DNA of 64,000 nucleotides from Selaginella moellendorffii (Eukaryota; Plantae; Lycopodiophyta), in NCBI RefSeq assembly GCF_000143415.4, contig NW_003314262.1, positions 1,929,046 to 1,993,045 of the forward strand. Direction: 5' to 3'. Position 1 is the first letter of the stretch; every line of letters begins with the position of its first letter. Position numbers and translations under genes: made by a program. The notes beneath the pieces were generated by a model. It had not been told where the DNA came from and ran no database searches. It worked only from the letters and a program-made list of their open reading frames with translations. Shown here one piece after another: positions 35,307 through 48,900 of this stretch.

Positions 35307-38300
35307 ACTTGGTATCGGAGCTGTTCCTTAGTCCGACTTTTATTGGTGCTCTAGTATATCACTATTGATATTGGCATCGAAAGGTCCTAGGAGTGGGCTT
35401 ATCCTTGAGGAGTAGCACGTCGAGAGGACATGGCTCTCCACTCGAGTTCATGCATGAACTTGGGCACGATGTGGTGGATAGAAAAGGGGCCAGTAAGGGA
35501 ACGACTTTGGGATCTTGGGAACAGTATATGGTTTTCCTTAGAGAGTTGAGGATGTGATCCAGATGAGCATTTGACTTAGCAAACTGGCTAATGTAGTTGT
35601 GGTAAACAACTATAGTTGGGATCACGGGAAAGATAAAGACTCCAAAGCAATAAAGGAGTCACAAGATTATCCTCATATAGTTGAGGTTGGTGCTCATGAA
35701 TGTGAGACCAGAAGTAATGACCGTGGGAGGTCAAATACGGAAGAAGACTCTAGTCCTTGAAATGGTAGCTAGGGCTGCCTTTAATAAATGCTGGAACAAC
35801 CCAAGGAGTTGGGGGGTGTACTTAGAGATGAGTTGGTACTCTCATCACATGGACAAGTAGTCCTAAGGGGCAAAGGTTGCCCCAGAGAACAAAATCAAGT
35901 GTCAGAGTAATATTTGTGAAAATAGTCCTTGTGAGTGAGGACATGAATGCAAGAAGTGTATTCTAGTGAGCTAGTGCCCGACAAGTAGAACCTTACGGGT
36001 CTGTGGATTAACCAAGTCCAAAACTGCTGGATGACTCAAGTAGAGTCAAGGGATGGTCCTAAAGGACTAATGGAAGCATTTGGTCTGAGGTGTGTTGTAC
36101 CCCACGAAGGATGGGGGGGACCATAGGATCCAAGGATAAGAACAGAGGGTATCTCATCAATGGCAAAATGTGCCATACTAAAGTCGTGGGAAAGGTGTTC
36201 CCAAAAGAAAACAACTTTGATACAAAGTTGTGTATGATCTTTATGGTGCAGTGCTAACGGATGGTTAGCATAAGAAAGAGCGGTGTTGGTCTTGGCAAAG
36301 ACTTAGACACAAAGAAGAAGTGTCATAGAGGTAGGCTCGTGGAGCTGATGGTGTGGAGACACCAAAGGTGCCAAGGTGTGATACCTTGAGGCTATGTTGG
36401 TGGGTTCATGAGAACCCCTTGCCAAGGGAATCCCAATGGAAATAGGAATGGCATAGCCTAAGCTGCAGAGCATGCAGTTAGAGTATGGTGACCCAGATAA
36501 TGGTGGAGGTGTGGAAGCACCAGCAATGAGTTGTAAGACTTGACAACTATGAGGCAACTAAGCGAGAGGTGCAAAATAATTGGTTAAGCGGGTAGAAGGT
36601 AGCTACCCAAGCCTTCTTAATGGCATAGGGAAGTTGGATATACCCTTACGGGGATAAGTTGCTTATGTTGCGATATAGTAAGTCAATGTCATAAAAGGAT
36701 CAATGTCATAAAAGGAAATACTCATTGTCAAGGAAGCCATCATTGGGACACCCGAACACTCTAGAACACCAGGAGGTGGTGTTTGATGTCGCGAGGGCAA
36801 TAGATGAGGCCCAAGGGACTAAGTCTCTAGCAAATGATGGATAGAAGGTGCTATCCAAATGTCCAAGGTGGCGAAGACAGGAGAAGACTGTCTACTGGAA
36901 TTGGACAAAGCCAAAAATAGAATTTTGGCAAGATTAGCGATAGGCATGTAAGGGCCCATAAGCAACAACGTAATCCCGGTGTGTGGGATTATAAGGTGAG
37001 CATGCCCAAGATTGAGGAACCACTCCCTAGGCTATTGGGTAAGTTCATCCCTAAGAATACTTGCTAAGGCATGATAGAAAGTGCAAAGCTATCCTCCTAG
37101 TCGGGAGGAGAATGACCGAAGGAAAGGTGTGAAGCCAAAAGAAAGTAGTAAGGGGATAGAACCAAACCATAGGAATCGAAGGGCATAACCAAGGGTAGTT
37201 ATGTCAGTTGAGAGTGGAGAATCAAGTGGGGGCTCGAGGGTGTTGTTGCTAGCAACCGTGATGCCATGGAAAGTCTAAAATATGGAATAGTCCATATTAG
37301 ACTATATGGCAACTAGAAAGCTTGCGAAAAGGGAAGCCTTAGCAAGCTAAGGGACAGAGTTCCTTCAAGGTTCCCAAAGACGATTCTAGGTAGCTTAGTA
37401 CCTAGAAAGGCCAAGTGTAAATGGTTCAAGGAAAGCGTGAAATCAGAGTGGCACAGCAAAAGCGTGGTCTTGAAGCTTGCCATGAGGCAAAGCTATCAAG
37501 GTTAGGGAAATAGTTCCCGAGTGTTCAAAGAGAGGGCTTTGAACGAAAGTCGATGATCAAGGGCTTTCACGCTTGTGCAGGAACCATGTTACAGTGGTCG
37601 GAAGACTTGCCAAGTGAGATTGGCAAGTTAGGGGAACAAATACCCTAGTTGAAAGTGATAACTTCAAAAGGGGTGGGCCATGGGGCCAAGTATGGAGGAG
37701 TCCATGCATGATCACAGACTTGTCAAGTGAGAGGACTTGGCAGTGTGGAGGAATTAGGTTCCTAAGCTGTGATCTATAGCGCGCTTTGAGTAAAAGTTGG
37801 TGCACCAGTGTGGGGAGTCACGCCAGGCATCCTGGGTGATGCCGTCCATAGATGCATATACGGAGGTTGGGTTCGAGTCCCGACCCTCTAGTGCTTGGGT
37901 TCGAGTCCCACATCACTAGGGCGTGGTGATGGTTTGGAATATGAGGACACTCATTTTTCGGTGGTCATGGACTCTCAATGAGGAGATTGGCTTGGGCACA
38001 CCGCCAAGCAGGGGATGCCCCGGAGTCGTGATGCACGGTTAGATTACTTAGAGTGAAAGCTTAGCATATCTAACTTGAACACTTTGGTGCAAAAGGCACC
38101 AAGGACGTGGTGAATGAGATGGGGACACCCAGTCTCAGTTGCTATGAATCCTTGGCCGGAAGGGCTAGCTTGGGCGCACCACCAAGTGTGGGGGATGCCC
38201 CCGGGGTCATAGTCAACAACTTATTAAGGTCTTTGTTTGGATTAAGGAATATAATTCTTAGTTCAAAGTGTTGATTTGAACTATTGATAAAGGTGTGGCT

Positions 38301-39336
38301 TGGTCAAGGTGACTAAGTGGGAAGGACACCTAAGGGAAATGAACTACTACAATACAATGGTATTATGAGTTCAAGAAAATAGTCTCCAGAGACAGGCCCA
38401 TGGGTGGGTCACAAGGTTGGGCTAGGAAGAGAGCCTAGAACAGTGGGGAGACTTACTAGGGGTGAACACCCTAGTCTGGGCAAAGTAGATCCTTTGCTAT
38501 GGAACCAAAAGAATACCTCAAGGAGGGAGGTAATGATCCTATGTTGCTTGGTGCAACAATCCAAGGATAGGAGCAAAAGATGAGTGCCCAAGATAGGGCC
38601 GTGGAATCCATTGGAAAGAATCCAAGTGGCAAAGTTAGCCAAGGAACACTAATGTGTTTGATGCTAACGGATTGCGGAAAAAGAAGTGGACTTCCAAGGA
38701 TGGATTCCCAAGTGCTCCAGTTTGGCAAAGGAAAGGCTCCAAGTGAGGGAGCAACTAAGTAGCCAAAAGATAGGGCCGTGGACAGCCCTAGCACAAATAA
38801 TGATAAATGGAACGTAATGCCAATGGTGGCACAAAAATAGAAAAGAGGATGAGGGTGCCTCAAGTAGAGAACTTCCTAGGAGGGGAAGTGGAGTTGCACA
38901 AAATGTGCAAAGCAAGGTGTCGGAGACACCTAGGAAATTGACTCCAAAAAGTCAAGAGTAAACGTTCCAAAGTGCAAAGGTAGATCAATGGAATCTGTGA
39001 CTACTCAAAAATGAGTAGTGGAATTGAGTTAGAGAGGGTGTCTCTAACGGGTTTAGTAAGAACTGAACCAATAAAAAGGAGCAAACCACCCCAGGTGGTC
39101 AAGTGAGTCTCTAAGTTGGAGAGACTATCCTCCTTAGAGGATGGGCAAAGCATGGTGAGCCTTTGGTGTCGAACCATTGACGAATATGGAGAAGGCATGG
39201 TGAGCCTTCAATGTCAAACCATTGACAAATATTGGCTAGGGGCCAAGGATGGAAATGGTAACACGTGCGGGTGTTACTTTATAAAATGGTTTACCGTTCG
39301 ATGAGGACATCGAACTTCGTCTATGGGTGGTGGAGT

Positions 39337-40969
39337 TGTGAGACACAAAATCCCTAGGCCCCAAAGTGGAGCCGGAAAGGGTGCCACGTGGTAGTGGCCG
39401 AAGCGAAAGCCCAAACGAGTGTAACACATTTGGACTAAAAGCTCTGACTTGGAAGGTCGAGAGCGAGAGTGGAACTCCCAACAAAGTGCTCAAGGAGCGA
39501 GCACGAAGCGAGCAATAAGCAAGGCTCCAAAAAGGGACCCAAAAAGGACCAACACATGACACGTGGAAGAGTCCGAGATGGACCCGAGATGGAGTTCGAG
39601 ATGGAGTCCGAGGTGGACCGAGACGGAGTCCGAGATGGACCTGAGATGGAGTCCGAGATGGAGTCCGAGATGGACTCGAAATGGAGTCCGAGATGGAGTC
39701 CGAGGTGGACCGAGACGGAGTCCGAGATGGACCAAGACGGAGTCCGAGATGGAGTCCGAGATGGAGTCCGAGATGGATTCCGAGATGGACCGAGATGGAG
39801 TCCAAGAAGGACCCGAGATGGAGTCCGAGGTCGAGACCAAGACCGGGACTGAGACTGAGACCGAGACCGGGACCGAGACCGAGACCGAGGCCAAGGCTGA
39901 GACCAAGCCCGAGCCCGAGTCCGAGTCTGAGTCCGAGTCCGAGTCCGAGTCCAAGTCCGAGTTTGAGTCTGAGAGGGTGAAAGCCCAAAGCGTTCGTCTC
40001 CCAGACCCTAGGGGGTTTGGTGAGCTCCAAAAGTATAGTAAGGGGGAGGACTACAGTGGAGCCAGTTTGGCCAGAAAAGGCCAGTTTGGCCCAGGAAGGG
40101 CCTGACCCAGTGTTGGGTGATGAACTAACCACTGGGAAGTCCAAGACTAGAGTGAATATGGACCGACAAGCGGGGTAGCTTGGTGAAGTGTTCAAGAGCC
40201 GGCTTTAGTTCCTCCGGGAGATCGACTGGCCGATGCTCCCAGTCCAAGTGTGGGTGGCACTACCTACTTGGATACCAGGCGTGGCTCAATAGAACCTTGC
40301 TCTAAGCCCATGGCTAGAGCACCTAAAGGCGGAAGGCGGGGAGAGTACCCACGGGGCTCGCATAGGCCCACGGTGTTTCGAAATGTTGTCCCGGAGTCCC
40401 AAATGGAGAAAGGAGGAAGAGCAGTTCTCTAGTGTGGTGACTAAGGATACAGTCACATGGTGAGGAAGTCCCGGAGGACCATGGGACTTAGTGGTCGGGC
40501 CTGTGAGCCTTGATCGAGTGGCAGTGTTGGCGAACATGGCCATGGACAGAAAAGGGACTTGGTAGGAACTGACAAAGGGATATTGGGGAAGGCTATTCCC
40601 CATGTCTGTGGGCATCCTAAGGATGCTAAAGAGTGGATCTGGGTTGACCACTCGTGGACGGATGGCCCAGTCTTGGAGAGACGGGATTGTGATGCAAGTG
40701 GTATTGGACCACTAGTGCGGCAAAGGTGAATGGGCATGGCCTTAGCGTAACGGGCCGATATGTCAGTGGTGCCTTTGGGTGTCGGTCTTGGGACCGGACA
40801 TGTGGAGCACTTGGATTAAGTGCAAGTGATGAGTGGCATGGATGCTATTCTTGGGCTAGCAAGCCCCAAGTCCTGAATTGGACTTAAGGGGGTTGTGAAT
40901 GAGACTCCTCCAAGCGGTCGAAGGTGTGGTTAAGTGACTAAAGTAGAATGGAAAAATTAGTCGCTTACA
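39337..40969 (+). repeat. 3' LTR (family B)
   Basis: Homologous to the 5' LTR; followed by TSD aatag. Confidence 0.9.
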
Positions 40970-43462
40970 AATAGTCCCTCAATATTTGCTAAATGATAGT
41001 TTACCGTGTCTGCCAAACACCCTTGCTATCATGCTCTTTGTGTTAGTCTCATTTTGGTCCCAAATGCTATTTATAGAAAGTGTCTAGATTCGCTCATTTG
41101 GCTCATCTACAAAATGTAGAAATCAGCCTGAACACAATGGTGTTCATCCCGTGTCCAAATTCGCAATCTAGGGACATTCTATATTTAGTAAGTTTCAGAC
41201 TTGTCCTAGAGACTAACTCCTGGTACTAAAGGAAGCTTGGGGTGAAAGCCCAAAGCATGTGTCCCTCAAGGGGGAGGGAGGGGTGGCCGCTGTGGGGGGT
41301 TCCAAATGATAGTAGAGATAGTGGTTGGATTGCATATCTGACTATCTGAGATATTAGTTTGGTTCCTACTGGGCTGTGTCGCTCCTTATTCTGCATCTGG
41401 CTTGGGTCTAAGCCCAAGATCCACGCTGCTCTAGTTGGTGGGGTACCCTCCTCCTCACGTTAGGCCACCGGTATGCCAAAATTGTGCCAAACTCCATTTG
41501 ACACCATTTTGTGTGTAGGTGCTAGATACAGAGAGTTGGTGCTCGTGGGATTATATTGGACCCTTGTTTTGTAGCGCAATGGGTTTGGAGTGCTATTTGC
41601 TCCAATACCAACTGTAGCACACTTTATTTTTCACCCTTTAAACTAACTGGAAAATGGGCAATTGCTTGATGAGAAAGCCTTTAGTGGCTATTTTATCCCT
41701 ATTTATCCCCTAAGGTTCGAAAGATCCATGGTGACAGTATATCCAAATCTCATCCCATGATCATATGCGCACACTAGGAAGTTTTGAGTATGATGAACAA
41801 CTATAAACTATGTTTAATCAAGAAGTTATTTATATGGTTTATGCATCCAATCATCTCACACAGTGCAAGCTTCTTAAGATGTCAAATAGTAGTAAAATTG
41901 GATGTAGAAGATGCCACTAATAGATAACTAGTGTTGGTGGAGTGCTCATATTTGAGCCAAGTCTATGGAGCCATAAGTTAAAATAATTTGGAAGGATTGG
42001 GAGAATAGTGTTCATAAAAGTTTGATAGTTTAGAAGTCCAGAAAAGTATAATGAGATATAGGGATTTAAGGAAAGTTATTGCTATCAAAGTTCAGGTTTA
42101 GATACATATTACTAGGAGTGAAAAGTATAATTTCTTCTATTAGTTTCTGTCTACAATAGGATCAAAGCTTAAATATAGTGTCTAAAGTGACTCAGGTGCA
42201 AGTTAGGTATATAAAGAAATATTTAAAATGTCTTTTTAACCTATTTTGTCATATATATATCTTTTGATTTATCCATACTATTATTGAGATCTTTAGTTTC
42301 TTTAGTACTATATATCCTTACTCTAATGTTGTTGTTGCTCATTCTTATTCCATCACTAAGCCCATTTGTCTCTTTTAGCCCCTCTTTCAAAAAAAATATT
42401 GAAGCATTAGGATATAAGGAGAAAATAAGAAAAATGGAAGAGAAAAAAAAGTGAGAAAGAAAAAACTGAATATTAAAAAAAAGCACTTGTTTAATAACAA
42501 TTGATAAAAAAGAAAGACAATTTATGCTAGGAGTGTATATGGTTTTCAACTTTTACCCTATAGTAATTTACTATAAGATAACTATAAAGTGAAACTTTAA
42601 CCTTTAAACACATGGGCCAAAAATAGTTGAGTTTTAGGGTTTTAAGCCAGGATAAAACTAAACTCCCAAATATATAGTTAAGGAGTAAAGGAATCTGAGC
42701 ACAAAATGACTCTTGAACATACAGCCTGAATGAGCATAGAATGACATTGGAATAATTCTAATACTAGCATACAAAATATACCTAAACGAAATCAAGTGTT
42801 ATTTCAGCATGTCTCTAGGACAATTATAAAAAATTACTAAATATGGAATAATGCTAAACATAGGAATAATGAGGCATGATAGCAATAATATGTGGTGGAC
42901 ACAGTAAACTGTAGTGACTAAAGCTCAATATATAAAGATTCTTATTAAATTAATGTAAGACAAAATAAAAAAGAACTAAAAGCTAAGTTGAGTATACTCA
43001 GCAAGAAACACATAGGAGTTTTTACTTTATATTTATCTAACCAAGTACAAATTTTAAGCCCAATTTATTAATACTTTAAATAAGAGGGACTAAAAAAAAA
43101 CCAACAATATAGATTCCCTGCCGTTACCATTGTGGCAGAGAGAATATCTATTGCTGACAAATAACTTTTGATACTTGTTTAAGGTGTGCACCTTGGTATA
43201 AAGTGTGTTTACATTCTGAAATGTTTGGGCTCACTATAGAGAAGAAGAAAAATAATAGGCAGCTTTAGGTAGATCCAAACTAGAAGATGTTACAACTAGT
43301 ACTAGGTACTACTTACCAATCAATGATCTTAACATCAATGGATCACACAGCTTGGAGTTGATGAAAGAAGGATGGAAGAACCACCTTTTCGGGAGTGATG
43401 GCATTAATCTCTCAGCAGAAAATCTCACTAACAAAAACGAGAACCAAGCGATGAGCTAGCTT

Positions 43463-45916
43463 TCATCCTTTTGCTGGCATTCGACCCCTGCCTGCCATGG
43501 AGAACATGGTGGAGAGCAAAGCATATGGAGCAGCGTTTTGTGGATCCAGCTCTATAACATAATCGGCAGCACGCCTCCCCTGCTCAAAATCACGATGTAT
43601 CCGGCAAGCTCCCAGCAAAGTCATCCATGCAACGTCGTTGGCTTGGAAGGGCATCCTGTTTAGTACCTCCTGTGCCTCCTCCAGCCTGCCTACTCGTCCC
43701 AGGATGTCTACTACGCACACGTAGTGCTTGGTGTTCATCGCAATCCCATAATCAACCCCAGCCGATAGAAACAAATCCAGGCCCTGTTGGATCGACCCAC
43801 CGTGACTGCACGCGAAGAGGACGCTGAGAAACGTTAACTCGTCCGGCATGATCCCCTCCAAGCCCATCATGTGGATGATCTCCACACAATCTTCCAAGCC
43901 ACCCTTCGTGCAAGCCGCGGCCAGCATGGAGTTCCAAGTGACAAGGTTCCTCCTGGATTTCATGTCGAGGAAGACGTTCCGTGCCTGCTCCAGACTCCCA
44001 CACTTGCCGTATAAGTTTATCAGTGCCGTGCCAATAGCCTCGTCTCTTTCCAAGCCGCTTCTCTCGAGCAAAACTTCTCCTGTTTCGAGAGCTCCCAGGC
44101 CGGAGCATGCCGCAAGAACGCCTACCATCGTCAAGCTGTCGGGTGGAAGGTCCATCTTTTGGTAAAGACGGACTGCTTCTCGTCCGTGGCCGTTTCTAGC
44201 AAATCCAGTGATCATAACGTTCCAAGGTACGATGTCCTTGCCTTCGATGCCATCAAAGACGCTTCTTGCAGTATCCACGTCGTGGCATTTGGAGTAAAAA
44301 TCCACCAGAGTAGTGCCTACAATGACATCCTTGTCATACCCCACAGAAACGGTGTGCAAATGAACTTTCTGACCTTCAGCAAGCGCTTCTGCATCTGCAC
44401 AGACGCTGACGATGGAGGAAAATGTGAACCGGTTCTTCTCCATTCCCTCCAAGTCCATGTTCCGATAGACAAGAAGCGCCCCTTTGGCATCCTCGTTTCG
44501 AGAGTACGCCGTGAGCAAAGCAGTCCATAAAACAATGTCCTTGGAAGCGACTCTATCAAAAACAGCTTTTGCTTCTTCCATGCACCTGCAGCAGCCATAC
44601 ATTTTTATTAGTGTCGTGGCAACGAAGCAGCTGGAATCAAATCCCGACGCTGCAATGAGAGCATGAATCGCCTTACCTTCAGCCAAGGCCTCACTCGCAG
44701 AGCAAGCATGGAGAACCGAAATGAATGTAAACTTGTCCGGTTTCAGTCCCTCCAGTTCCATCTTTTGGTGGACTCCCAAGGCCTCCTTCCCATCTCCATC
44801 CCCTGCATAAGAACCGATTAGAACGTTCCAGGAGACGAGATTTTTATGAGGCACGCTGTCAAAAACGCTTTTGGCAAGCACCAAGTTCCCTCCCTTACCA
44901 TACATGTTGACAAGAGAATTAGAAACGTCCAAGCCGGAGCTGCTGACGCCAATGCATCTATGGAATGCCGATCCTTGTTTTACAGCACCGCCGCTGGAGC
45001 ATGCATCAAGGATGCTGACGATCGTTAGCTCGTTGGGCTTCTGACCTTCGAGGCTCATTCTGCTGAAGAGATAGATAGCTTCTCTGACGAACCTGTTGTG
45101 AGCGAATGCCGTGATCAAGGCATCCCAAGGCATCACTCCGAGTTGACGCATCTCCTTAAAAACCTGTACTGCTCCATCCAAGTCACCGCACTCGCTGTAC
45201 ATGTTGATAAGTGCTCCTCCCACTGAGAGAGTCGATAGAAGCCCCAAGCTCGCAACCTCGGCATGGATCTTCCTGCCCGCTTCTAAAAACCCCGTAGCAG
45301 TACAGGCTACAAGAAGATTCACAAAAGTGACGCTGTTCGGTTCCACCAGAGCTCGCCTCATTTCCTGGTAGAGATGCAACGCTTCCAAACCACACCCGTT
45401 CTGTGCGTAAGCTCCAACCATGGAGTTCCAGCAGACTCTGTCTCTCTCCCGAGCTTGCTCGAAACACTGCTTGGCCTCCTCCAGCCTCAAGAACCTCCCA
45501 TACATGTTAACCAGGCTAGTCGATACGAGAACGTCTACCGGAAATCCACTGGCTTTGATATGCTCGTGGACCAATCTTCCTTCTTCGATGTCCATGCAAG
45601 CTCCAAGAACATTGACGAAGCTCACACTGTCTGGAGCAACGTCCATCTCCCAGAACAAATTCACGGCCTTGCCATAGCGCCCGTTCTGTGCATACGCAGT
45701 TAGCATGGCATTCCAGGAAACCACTGTTTTCTCAGCTATACCATCAAAGACGTACCTTGCGTCGTCCACCCTTCCACCGCTTCCATACATGCTAACCAGA
45801 GCATTGGCAAGCATCGTGTTGGATCCAAATCCACTCTCCACAACCTGGTCGTGGATTCTTCTCCCATGTTCTCCTTTGCCCTTCCAGCCATCGAGAACAC
45901 TGATGAAGGTGGTAGA
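43463..45916 (-). pseudogene. PLS-class PPR gene with E-type tail (no DYW seen), C-terminal portion
   Basis: 819-aa ORF of tandem P/L/S repeats ending AWMTLLGACRIH..AAPYALLSTMF; starts mid-repeat at STTFISVL, which complements the 24531-25169 fragment. Confidence 0.85.
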
Positions 45917-48900
45917 TTTCATTTATGGGAATTCTAGCAATGATGTGTACCATTGGGTTTATTAATTTGTAATGATTTATATTTATCATTTTTTGGGATG
46001 ATATTTAGCATTTATATAAGTTTTCCACTTGTCTTCAAAGACAGTATTGTAATAGTTATTATGGTCTAAGTGCAACCACCCATACAAATTGGAATCTTCT
46101 CCTAGATGTTTTTAAATGTGCAATTGGACTTATTGATAATTATAATGATATCTTCTAACGAGTGTATCATCTTTGTCAAGTGCCATTTAAGTTCATTATG
46201 TAATTTAGTATTTACTTTAAAAGCTTCTTGCTTTGTGCAAAACCAAATATGTCAAAGTGAATCAATTTGGGAATTTTATGACTAACACTTTGCCAAAATT
46301 TGATGGGATTTATACATATGCTAGTTTAACCACCCTTCCCAACATTCTTTGAATAATATAATGTTATGAAACATTACTTCTCCCATTTATAGCTATATGT
46401 GCTTCAACTCTATTTCCTATAAAATATGATCTAGTTTTGATGAAAGTTGACATTACTAATGCTTGTGTTCAATGATGAAGATAAGGATGAGGATGTGGCT
46501 ATGATGTTTGCTATTGATTGTATGATAAGATTGGCCATATGTACCAATGTTTCCCAAAATAGCATTTTCCATTGCTAAATGAAGGCCTTGGTTCAACAAT
46601 ATCATATTGGTGTCAATGTAGTGAAAGGTTTTGATATAAAGATTTTTTCAAAAAATAAAGAGTCATAGAAGTAATAGAGGGTCTTTTTACAAATAAGTTA
46701 GTGACCTCTCCATTCTACCACCAAAGGGTTCACTTGACAAAAGTTTATACAATATTCACTTTCTAAACTCATTTTCATAATAAAAAGTCTCATGTGTTAG
46801 TTAAAATAGGTTTGAGTTTATTTCTATTGTTTAGCCTATTGCTATATCCTATTTACATTTATATTGTGTAGTAGAGCCAATCTTCATTCTCTATAACAAT
46901 GAAAGTACAAATGCAAATGGGTGAGACAATGTGAACTTAATTGTATGTATTGGTGATCATAAGGTAGTGTTGAATCAAATTTTTAACTTGTCTCATATTC
47001 CCTTATGTCTTTTTATTCCTTTCATTTGTTTTCCACTTCATCCTTTTTTTTTTTACTTCTGCTTCTATCATTTTTATTTTCTCATTATTATTTATTGAAT
47101 TTCCTTCTTACTCTTATTCCCTTTCTAGACCCTTTAGATGGTCTTTATGCTATTGCATTTGACCAACTCAAGAAGAAGTATATTAATTTCTTCAACTTTG
47201 ATTTATTTTATAGGGTTAAGATTGTAATATATCATTTTGTTCCTACTAAAGATGTTTGTCCAATAAAAAATTTAGTTTGGCATCGGTCACCAAAAGACCC
47301 TTCTCTAACATTTTCTTGATATCCATTCATAAGATCTTGGCCTATTATTCAAAAGTCTCAAAGTATTAGGGTGTGTGAACCTTAAGGAGTATTCAATTTA
47401 GCATTGACTAATGTTTATTTAATAATATGATTATCTCAAATATATACCATTTTTCCTCACACTACTAATCTCTTAGATTGTTTGGGGTATTGGTTCACCA
47501 AATAAAATATGGTTCACATAATACTTGCTTTTAAGTTCTTTCAGATACTAAAAGCTAAGGAGGATATTTCCAGTGTTGCTACCATTATGGTAAGGTGCAA
47601 TATCTTAAACGTTTTATTGATCATTTTTCTGATTATATTATGTATAGGTACCCCTACTCCCCCACTTCCATCTTGAAGGGAAGGCCAAACCCCTAGGAAG
47701 GGCGAAGACCAATGAGCCACAAGGTATTCAAATAGGGCATCACATCATATGAGTTAGGAGCATTGCAATGAGTTTCCCTTTTAGGAGTGAGAGTTTCTCT
47801 TAAGCACTTCCTTGGGTGGCCACTCCAACACCACCCAAATCCATGCTCACTTCCACCCAAGGCTTCTAAGCCCCAATCTCAACCTCAAATCAATTTGAAA
47901 GCATCATTGGAGAGTTCTTTCAAGACTAGTTCCTAAACATCACTATCTTTACTATACTTTTGGAACCCTCTACAATGCCCTCCCCCCCGGGAGACATACG
48001 CTTTAGGCTTTCACCCCATGACTTGTATTGGTATTGGTATTCGGACTCGGTGTTAGACTTGATCTTGGACTCAATCTCGGACTCAACCTCAGACTTGGTT
48101 TTGGACTTGGTCTCAGACTCGATCTTGGACTTAATCTCGCACCCAATCTTGGACTCTATCTCAGACTCGACCTTGGACTTGGTCTCGGACTTGATCTTGG
48201 ATCTCATACTCGGTCTCAAACTTGGTCTCAAACTCAGTCTCGGATTTGATCTTGGATTTGGTCTCGAACTCGATCTCAGAGTTAGTCTCAAACTCGATCT
48301 CGAACTGGGTCTCATTTGATGAACTTTTTATCATTTCGGTTGTGCTTTTGGGGATTCTTTAACCTACGACATCTCAAAGAGTTAGTTCCTTACAACTCCA
48401 CCACTCATAGAAGTTTGATACATGTCTCTTTTTAATCCTACAACTTGTTGACTATGTCTCCAGGGGCATCCCCCCACTTAGCGGTATGCCTAAGTTAGCC
48501 TCCCCAGCCAAGAGCCTATGACAATGGAATATAGATGTCCCTATACCCCTCACCTCAACATGCTCTAGTATGGGTTGGGATTTGAACCTAACTTTGCTTT
48601 ATTAGAGGGTTGGGACTCAAACCCAACCTCTGTAGAATACATCTATGGATTAAACATCCCTGTATGTAGTTCTTTACGCCTGGTGGACCTAGATAACCTA
48701 TGTTAATTAACTTACTTTTGGCATGCCTTTAGATTGTTTACTTTACCTCTTGTTGAGCAAAGTCAAATTTGCTTTCTTTAGCATGCAATTTGTGTTCCCT
48801 TAGTTTCTCAAAAACCTTTGTCAAGTGTTCGACATGCTCATCTAGTGTTTCGCTATAGATCAAGATTTTATCAATGTAGATGACCATGAAATGATCCAGA

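Larger units (their letters stand above)
33637..40969 (+). mobile_element. Non-autonomous LTR element (LARD-like), copy 1
   Basis: LTRs 33637-35306 and 39337-40969 (TG..CA); 5-bp TSD AATAG; PBS TGGTATCGGAGC at 35310; PPT GGGTGGTGGAG before 39337; 4-kb interior with no gag/pol ORF. Confidence 0.9.

Noticed and set aside
43200-43462. DYW deaminase domain downstream of the PPR
   Set aside because: No HxE/CxxC/DYW motif is visible after the stop.
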